Virus record (IMG/VR): IMGVR_UViG_3300036820_000007
Coordinates: 1-64,000 of that record
From: a virus
DNA length: 64,000 nucleotides
Reading direction: 5' to 3' (one strand)
Shown: positions 28,330 to 35,158 of the stretch, piece by piece
Position numbering within the stretch: position 1 is the first letter of the stretch
Layout of the letters: each line of letters starts with the position of its first letter
Position numbers and translations under genes: made by a program
Notes under the pieces: model-generated
The model's database searches: none
What the model was told of the DNA's origin: nothing
What the model saw: the letters and a program-made list of their open reading frames with translations, nothing else

Positions 28330-28850
28330 TGGCGCTCGCGCTGCTCGGCGGTTATGCGGCGGCATGGGCCGTCACCGCGAGGACGCTGTTCACGCGCTGG
28401 CGGCCAGGACGCGTTCCGGTCAGATGCGATGACGCATGCTGTGCCGACAGTGGCCAGCGCCACGTCGTCCCGTGCTACCGCCAGATGCGCAAAGACCTGA
28501 CCCGGGTGGTCATCGACTACGACCGCGATGCCATTACGTGGGCAATGCTGGCCGCTGTGGTGTGGCCGGTGCTCGCACTGGCCGTCGCCGTCGCATTCCG
28601 CCCGCGGGAACTTGACGCGGAGCGCAAGGCCCGGGAGAAGCGCGAGTGCGAAGAGGCCGAGTCGCGCAAGGCGCGGCTGCAGGCGGAAATCAGCGTCCTC
28701 GAGAAGGAGGCGGATGAGCAGCGGGATCCCGTCCGGATCACAATCGCCCGGCGAGACGGTGGAGTCCCGGATCAGCCAGGACGTGGCGCTGCGCCTGCGG
28801 GCGCTGCAGGCCCTGCTGGCAGACCCGGAGGGGGAGGAGCCGGGGGATGA
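28329..28850 (+). CDS. membrane protein with coiled coil
   Basis: Hydrophobic segments then a charged helix. Confidence 0.5.
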   Translation: MALALLGGYAAAWAVTARTLFTRWRPGRVPVRCDDACCADSGQRHVVPCYRQMRKDLTRVVIDYDRDAITWAMLAAVVWPVLALAVAVAFRPRELDAERKAREKRECEEAESRKARLQAEISVLEKEADEQRDPVRITIARRDGGVPDQPGRGAAPAGAAGPAGRPGGGGAGG

Positions 28851-29240
28851 TCAAATGCGAGATGGCACGAGGCCGGCCACGCGCAGGCCAGAGGGTACAG
28901 CGGGCACCAGAGCCGGCACAGGTCCGTGACTACGTCCATGAATTCACGGTAAGCACCGGTACCGACAATGCCGACGACCTCTAACCAGATCCGCTCGCGC
29001 TGGCGTGAGCGAAGCCCGGAGGCCGTGGCGACGGCGCTCGAAGTCAAATGCCCCCCGCCCGAGGGGTGTGGCTCCCCGCCTGGATCCGAATGCGTCTCGT
29101 CGTCAGGCAAGCCCACCAGGGCGCACATCGCCCGCTTCGAGGCGCGAGCCGCCCAGTTGCGTAACTGGACGGCCATCCGCTGGGCCTGATCGCCTGACTC
29201 TTTTCTGATATCTGAATAGATGCACCTGTGGGGGTGAGCT

Positions 29241-32200
29241 ATGCCGGCCAGCCCCCGCACAATCATGCGCGCGCTCAAGGCGACCGCGCCGACGCCAGCG
29301 CAAGGCGGCTACAGCAGCAGTGCCGGGCCTTTTCTGAGCGGGGGGCCGTCGCCACTGGTCGCCTCGTATTCGGAGTGGGCCTCAGGGCATGCCTACGGGC
29401 AGTCCAACGCCTTGCCGCGGGACTGGCAGTCGTTCCTGTCGGGCATGTTCGGGCCCGGCGTGCCGGTGCGGCCAGTCCCGATCGATGTCCCGAAGCCCGG
29501 GGATGAGCGCCCGGAACCGCGTCGCTGGCAGTATCCCATCTCCTGGGACCTCAATCTAGGACAACCCGGTACAGAAGGTATCGGCAAACTAGCTGATTTC
29601 AATACACTTCGGACGCTGGCGGACATGTATTCGGTCGCCCGCAGCTGCATCCAGCTGCGGAAGTCCGAACTCCGCGGCGTGGGCTGGGACATCGCGCCGA
29701 CCAAGGACGCCAGCAAGGCGATGCGGGGCGACCACAAGGGCATGACCGAGTTCGCCAAGCGCCGGGCAGAGGCCGTGCGCTTTTTCAGGAGGCCGGACGA
29801 GAACTTTGCGGACTTCACCTCATGGTTTGACGCCATGCTTGAGGAGATCTTCGTCACTGACGCGCTCGCGCTTTATGTCCACCCATCGCGCCTGCCGGGC
29901 AAAGGGCTCTTTGGCTCGAACGTGGGGGCTCTCGACCTGATCGATGGGTCCCTTATTAAGCCTTTGGTCGATGTGCGCGGTTCGCGTCCTTCGCCACCGC
30001 AAGTGGCGTATCAGCAGTATTCATACGGCGTGCCCCGTGTGGACCTTATGTCCCTGATTCTGGACCGCGAAGACATGGGCGCCCCCGAAGCCGAATACCG
30101 CGGCGACCAGCTGATGTACCTGCCGCTATGCCAGCGTACGTGGTCGCCTTATGGGGAGTCGCCCGTCGAGAGGGCGATTATCCCGATCATGGCAGGGCTG
30201 CGTAAGCAGCAGTTTGTCCTAAATTACTTCGATGAGCGAAGTATTCCCGGGTGCTTCGTGTCCCCTGGTGACCCGAATATGACACCAAGTCAGATTCGTG
30301 AGCTTCAAGATGCTTTGAACAGCATTGCGGGCGACCAGACCTGGCAGCAGAAGATCATCGTCCTGCCGGGCGGCTCGAAAGTGGACCCGCAGAAGCCGAT
30401 CACGTTGGCGGACGCTTTCGACAACGTTGTCATGATTCAGGTATGTATGGCCTTCGACGTGATGCCGTTCGAGCTCGGCATCATGCCCGAGGTCTCCACG
30501 ACCGTGGCCTCCGGCGCGGCCCGGCAGATGGCGACCGCTGCCCAGGACATCCAGGAGCGCAAAGGCACCGTCCCGTTGCTGCTCTTCCTGAAGATGGCGA
30601 TCTTCGACCGCATCATCCAAGATGTATGTGGTATGTCCGACATGGAGTGGCAATGGGAGGGTTTGGAAGAGGACGAAGACGAACAAATCCTGACAGAACT
30701 CCTAGTCGCCCAGGTTGGCTCCGGCATGTGCTCGATCGACGAGGCCCGCCAGGAGCTCAACCGCGAGCCCTGGGGCCTGCCGATCACCTCCGACCCGGGC
30801 TGGGCCACCCAGTGGGGCGGCTTCGTCCCGCTCACCGGACTGGCGGGCGCGACCGCCCAGCAGCAGGGCGGCTCGCCAGCTCCGGGCAACCCGCAAGGCA
30901 AGCCGAACGCCCAGCCAGGCACTGTGCAGGGAAAGCCCGCCGACCTGACGCTGCCATCCGAAGTCGAGCACCGCGGCGCGCCCTCACCGGTGTCGGCAAC
31001 CGTCCCTGCCACGCGGCCACGTAACCAGCAGTCACGTGGCCAGCGCCGCCAGGTTGCGGCAACCGTCAGCGATCGCCAGCGGCGCACCGGGGCCACCACC
31101 CCCGCTCACGCAGCGGCAATGGCCACCGGTGGCCGCGGACCGAAATCCGGAGCGTCATCCAAGGGAGATGCTACCCGCGAGCTCGGCCTGCTGAAGGCAC
31201 ATCTGCGCCGCGGTGGCAGGGTCACCGACTGGGAGCCGCGTGACATCCCCGGCCACGCCATGGCCACTATCAGCGAGGACCTGGCCAAGGGCCTGACCGC
31301 TGATCAGGCATGCGACATAGTCCGCGACTTGATCACCAAGGACGGCAAGTCGATCACCTTGTCCTCGCCACTCGGCACCGGGTTCGTCCCGTACGACCTG
31401 GTCGGCCAGCGCCGCCCGTCGGCCGAAAGCCCGGCAGCGGCGGGCCTGGCCGTCCTCGCCGCGGACACGGGCCGCGTGCTCATGCTGCAGCGCGCTGCGA
31501 GCGATGACGATCCGGCTTCGGGGTGCTGGGAGTTCCCCGGCGGCTGCCTCGAGGATGGCGAGGACCCGGCGATGGGCGCAATGCGCGAATGGGCTGAGGA
31601 GGTCGGAGCATACTGCCCTGCTGGCGAGCCCGCAGGCGGCTGGACCTCGGCGGACGGTGTGTACGCAGGCCACATCCTGGTCGTCCCGTCCGAGGCGGCA
31701 GTACCCGTGCATGGCGATCGCGACGAGGTGTCCAATCCGGACGACCCGGACGGGGATGCAATCGAGGCAATCGCCTGGTTCGACCCTGCGCAGATCCCCG
31801 GCAACCCCGCGGTCCGCGACGAGCTCCGCGCCGATGCTCTCGCGGTGCTGCGCGCCCTGGCCGCCGCCCTGCCTGGTGGCGTAATCAAGAACGCGGCCGA
31901 TCTCTCGGACCCGAATCCCGTCGAGTCCGAGCACGTGAAGAATCAAATGCGCCGAAATTATCCAGAAAAGGCGCTCGGGTGGATCGACGGTGCCCGGTGG
32001 CTCGGCCCGGTCCGGATCCCGCAGGACCGCATCGACTACGACGACATGGACAAGTGGGCCGCTTCCCACCAGAAGGCCCGCGTTAAGCATTTCGCCCGCC
32101 AGATCGAGGACGACGAGTCTCACCTGCACCCCGTTGTCGCCGTCCAGGAGCCAGGCGAAAACAAGATCAAGGTGATCGATGGCCACCACCGCACCCTTGC

Positions 32201-32390
32201 CTACCGCAAGCTCGGCCAGCCTGTGAAGGCCTACGTCGGCTTCGTCGACCACGACGGCGGCGAGTGGGATGAGACCCACGCCTTCCAGTTCCACCAGGGC
32301 GAGGACCCGGCCAACAAGGGCGGTGGTGCCGGCCCAAAAGTTCGAGCAAGCGGGCCATCTGGCCCGGGCAGTGGCGGGACGAGCAGCTAG
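29241..32390 (+). CDS. portal protein fused to Nudix hydrolase and ParB/Srx-like domains
   Basis: Portal core (YGESPVE, YFDERSIPG, SIDEARQEL); Nudix box GGCLEDGEDPAMGAMREWAEEVG; VIDGHHR. Confidence 0.85.
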   Translation: MPASPRTIMRALKATAPTPAQGGYSSSAGPFLSGGPSPLVASYSEWASGHAYGQSNALPRDWQSFLSGMFGPGVPVRPVPIDVPKPGDERPEPRRWQYPISWDLNLGQPGTEGIGKLADFNTLRTLADMYSVARSCIQLRKSELRGVGWDIAPTKDASKAMRGDHKGMTEFAKRRAEAVRFFRRPDENFADFTSWFDAMLEEIFVTDALALYVHPSRLPGKGLFGSNVGALDLIDGSLIKPLVDVRGSRPSPPQVAYQQYSYGVPRVDLMSLILDREDMGAPEAEYRGDQLMYLPLCQRTWSPYGESPVERAIIPIMAGLRKQQFVLNYFDERSIPGCFVSPGDPNMTPSQIRELQDALNSIAGDQTWQQKIIVLPGGSKVDPQKPITLADAFDNVVMIQVCMAFDVMPFELGIMPEVSTTVASGAARQMATAAQDIQERKGTVPLLLFLKMAIFDRIIQDVCGMSDMEWQWEGLEEDEDEQILTELLVAQVGSGMCSIDEARQELNREPWGLPITSDPGWATQWGGFVPLTGLAGATAQQQGGSPAPGNPQGKPNAQPGTVQGKPADLTLPSEVEHRGAPSPVSATVPATRPRNQQSRGQRRQVAATVSDRQRRTGATTPAHAAAMATGGRGPKSGASSKGDATRELGLLKAHLRRGGRVTDWEPRDIPGHAMATISEDLAKGLTADQACDIVRDLITKDGKSITLSSPLGTGFVPYDLVGQRRPSAESPAAAGLAVLAADTGRVLMLQRAASDDDPASGCWEFPGGCLEDGEDPAMGAMREWAEEVGAYCPAGEPAGGWTSADGVYAGHILVVPSEAAVPVHGDRDEVSNPDDPDGDAIEAIAWFDPAQIPGNPAVRDELRADALAVLRALAAALPGGVIKNAADLSDPNPVESEHVKNQMRRNYPEKALGWIDGARWLGPVRIPQDRIDYDDMDKWAASHQKARVKHFARQIEDDESHLHPVVAVQEPGENKIKVIDGHHRTLAYRKLGQPVKAYVGFVDHDGGEWDETHAFQFHQGEDPANKGGGAGPKVRASGPSGPGSGGTSS
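32333..32339 (+). other. putative -1 frameshift site C CCA AAA (portal to MuF)
   Basis: -1 frame is open from 32273 to 34294 with no start codon before 32606; same GGCCCAAAAG as the tail chaperone site. Confidence 0.75.
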
Positions 32391-34294
32391 CTGACGAGTA
32401 CGCCCAGGACTTCTCCCGCCAGCTGGCCGCCGCGGTCAACGCGGAACTGATCGCTCAGGGCTGGCTGGACGAATGCCAGGCCGCCGAAAAGGCCAGCAGG
32501 CCGCAGCAGAGCCAGAGTCAGCAGCAACGGCAGCAGCAGCAAGCCCGCCAGCAGCAGGCCCGGAGGTACCTGGCGGCGGCCGGGGTCACCGGCGCGATCG
32601 CCTCGGTGATCGGTGGCATCCTCGCCCTTCTCTGGCGCGCTGCGTTCGCGCTCGGCTGGGCCGCGGCCATCCAGATCCTCGGCGTGGGCGGCCTGGTCGG
32701 CGACGAGGCCGCGCTGGGAGACCTGCTCTCGCAGTCCGGGCCGCGGCTGGACGGCATCGTCGAGACACGCATCAAGCGTCTCGAGCAGGCCCTGGCCGCC
32801 GCAGCGGACTCGGGCGTCTCGGCCGGTGAGCTTGCCCAGCAGATCACGGCGATCCTTGGCGGCCGAGCTCCGGCCCGGCTGGTGACCCAGACGGAAACGT
32901 CGTGGGGTGCCGGTCACGCGCAGGTGGCCGCTTACCGAGCAGCCGGAGTGGCGCAAGTTATCTGGCAGACGATGAACGACTCCGAAGTGTGTTTCCCTGC
33001 CGGAACGCCGGTGGCGACGCCCTCAGGCGATGTCCTGATCGAATCCCTGAGGCCCGGTGATCTCGTCCTCACCCCACAGGGGCAGCGTGCCGTCCGTGAT
33101 ACCGGTAGTCGGCTTTACGCGGGCTGCGTCACGGTGCTTGAGGCGGAAGGGGCGACGGTCGCTGCGACGGACGATCATCCGTTCTGGACCGCCGCTGGCT
33201 GGCGGAAGGCGGGACAGCTCGAGCCCGGGGACCTCCTGCAGACGTCCGAGAACCAGTTCGCAGAGGTCGGCCGCGTTGTTCACGTCCGATTCGGCAAGCC
33301 GGACGACGTGCCAGCCCATCTGCCGGAGCGCCCTGTCCTTGATGGCGTCGCTCTCGGGACGCAATTGGTGCCAGTACTCCCCATCGGCCTCAAGGGCGAT
33401 CCATGCTTCCGTGAGAGCGAAGTCGATCGTCCAGTTTTTGACTTGCAGTTCCTGAACGAAGCTGATCCCGAGAGCCGCGAGCGCTTGCCTGACGCGAAAC
33501 TCGAGCATGGTTTCACCCGTGAACTTGCGATAACAGCTGCGGGAGCAAAATCGTCGACCGTTAGCCGGAGCGGAGGGGACGATCCGGAAGCAGTTGCCGC
33601 AGTTGGCGCAGTCCATGTAGACGGGCGGCCGACGGCACTCTTCGGAGCAGTGGTGCCGAGGGTATCGCTTGTCGGCCAGGAACCGGTTGCCGCACCGTTC
33701 GCAGTTGAGGTACTCGGTGTCGGCTGTGGTGCACGCCCTGGAGCAGGTGTTGTACCTGTCAGCGGTGGACTGGCTGACGCTGAATTCCTTCCCGCAGACG
33801 GTGCAGTGCTTAGTGACGCGCCGACTGGAACCCATGCATTCGCGCGAGCAGTAGGCCCGGTCCTGGCGCCCGGTCGTGCAGCCGGGCGCAGGCTGGCGGG
33901 GGTCGAATTGCTTACCGCAGCCGAGGCACTCCCGGGTGGGATAGACGATAGTGTCGGCATGGTAGCAGTCCCTGGAGCAATAGACATGCTCCTTCTTGGT
34001 TCGGCTGCGACGCTGGAAACCTTTGCCACAATGGTCGCAGATGTATGGGAAAGGCATCCTAATGCTCGCGTCCTCGATCTAGGGGAAATCAATGCGCCAT
34101 TGACAGTTTACAATATTGAAGTAGAAGTTGAGCACGTATTTTATGCGTGTCGCTTCCTTGTGCACAATTGCGGTCGATGCCATGGCAATCAAGCAGCAGG
34201 CCCGTGGCCACTGGGCAGCCCATTCCCGAGTGGGGCGCTCAGTCCGCCACAACATCCCAGATGTCGTTGCTTTTTGCGACCTTCCGGACATTAG
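32333..34294 (+). CDS. MuF/gp7-like head morphogenesis protein with intein
   Basis: TETSW; spliced VCGRC; HPRCRC. Confidence 0.82.
   Translation, partial: PKSSSKRAIWPGQWRDEQLADEYAQDFSRQLAAAVNAELIAQGWLDECQAAEKASRPQQSQSQQQRQQQQARQQQARRYLAAAGVTGAIASVIGGILALLWRAAFALGWAAAIQILGVGGLVGDEAALGDLLSQSGPRLDGIVETRIKRLEQALAAAADSGVSAGELAQQITAILGGRAPARLVTQTETSWGAGHAQVAAYRAAGVAQVIWQTMNDSEVCFPAGTPVATPSGDVLIESLRPGDLVLTPQGQRAVRDTGSRLYAGCVTVLEAEGATVAATDDHPFWTAAGWRKAGQLEPGDLLQTSENQFAEVGRVVHVRFGKPDDVPAHLPERPVLDGVALGTQLVPVLPIGLKGDPCFRESEVDRPVFDLQFLNEADPESRERLPDAKLEHGFTRELAITAAGAKSSTVSRSGGDDPEAVAAVGAVHVDGRPTALFGAVVPRVSLVGQEPVAAPFAVEVLGVGCGARPGAGVVPVSGGLADAEFLPADGAVLSDAPTGTHAFARAVGPVLAPGRAAGRRLAGVELLTAAEALPGGIDDSVGMVAVPGAIDMLLLGSAATLETFATMVADVWERHPNARVLDLGEINAPLTVYNIEVEVEHVFYACRFLVHNCGRCHGNQAAGPWPLGSPFPSGALSPPQHPRCRCFLRPSGH
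32990..34168 (+). mobile_element. intein (393 aa) in MuF
   Basis: Block A CFPAGTPV, block B TDDHPFW, block F VYNIEVE, block G VHN followed by Cys. Confidence 0.9.
33023..34057 (-). CDS. Zn-finger-repeat plus DUF559/Vsr-like endonuclease, antisense inside the intein
   Basis: Five CxxC...CSxxC repeats; IDFA, LEADGEYWH, KDRAL, GWHVVRL. Confidence 0.85.
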   Translation of the reverse strand: MPFPYICDHCGKGFQRRSRTKKEHVYCSRDCYHADTIVYPTRECLGCGKQFDPRQPAPGCTTGRQDRAYCSRECMGSSRRVTKHCTVCGKEFSVSQSTADRYNTCSRACTTADTEYLNCERCGNRFLADKRYPRHHCSEECRRPPVYMDCANCGNCFRIVPSAPANGRRFCSRSCYRKFTGETMLEFRVRQALAALGISFVQELQVKNWTIDFALTEAWIALEADGEYWHQLRPESDAIKDRALRQMGWHVVRLAESDVNNAADLCELVLGRLQEVPGLELSRLPPASGGPERMIVRRSDRRPFRLKHRDAARVKPTTGITDGTLPLWGEDEITGPQGFDQDIA

Positions 34295-34376
34295 TTGCGC
34301 AGGCTTGCCTGCACCGGCTTGCTGTTTCGCCGATTCGCCGACCGCAGGCGCAAGCGGCGTCTGCCATGATGGGTAC

Positions 34377-34766
34377 ATGAGCGATGCACTGCGCCTGCGC
34401 GGTACTGCGGCTCGCGCGGGGGAGCCGGACCAGTCGATCGGCCTGGGCGTAACGGTGCCCGAGGAAGTATCGGTGACGATCGAGTTCAGCCGGGATCATA
34501 CTGTCGGTACGGCTGCGCTCTGGAGAGATGAAGCTGGCGACATTCAGGCCGACGTCATGGTGTTCCTGGACAGCGATCCGCTCTTGCGTAAAGGGATGCA
34601 AGGCCGGAGGTTGTGGCCCTACTTCGCGCTAAGCATCGGCCAGACGGTTGTCAGCAAGGACGACGCGCACCCGATGGGCGTCATCAGCTCCGGCGTGGTA
34701 CGTGAACTGGCGCTCGTCACCCGCAACTCTGACCCTGACCTGCCGCCGTACGAGATCGTCCAGTAG
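34377..34766 (+). CDS. hypothetical protein
   Basis: ATG 34377, phage codon usage. Confidence 0.5.
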   Translation: MSDALRLRGTAARAGEPDQSIGLGVTVPEEVSVTIEFSRDHTVGTAALWRDEAGDIQADVMVFLDSDPLLRKGMQGRRLWPYFALSIGQTVVSKDDAHPMGVISSGVVRELALVTRNSDPDLPPYEIVQ

Positions 34767-35110
34767 GGCCCGAGTTACCCTGCTCCGGCGTGTCATCCCA
34801 GGTTGGGGTGACAACGCCCGTATGTGACGTGTACCCTAGGCGTCAGTCGAAGGAGTATGCCCCGAGTTCGGCGTCACGCCAAGTCAGGGGCCTTTTTCAT
34901 GCCCGGGGCCAGCGGCAGGGACTCCCGATTCTCCACCCTGCATACCGGGGCCGCCGGTGTTGCCCCCGGCGCGGGTTCTCGCGAACGCCCGGCGTCCTGA
35001 ATTTGTGGATCGTATCTATTAGACGACGCTGGCCAGCCTGGAGCCTAGCGCAGCCCGTTCCCCCGCGGGCAGGCTAACCCGTTCGCACACTCGCACACTC
35101 GCACATTCGC

Positions 35111-35144
35111 ACGCCCGCCTCCCGGCCGGGCGTTTTTTCTTTGC
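35111..35144 (+). terminator. intrinsic terminator-like hairpin
   Basis: ACGCCCG/CGGGCGT stem followed by a T-tract. Confidence 0.5.
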
Positions 35145-35158
35145 CGGGGGGAGCAATC

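Noticed and set aside
35083-35112. TCGCACAC tandem repeat (about 3.5 copies)
   Set aside because: Short, single locus, no supportable function
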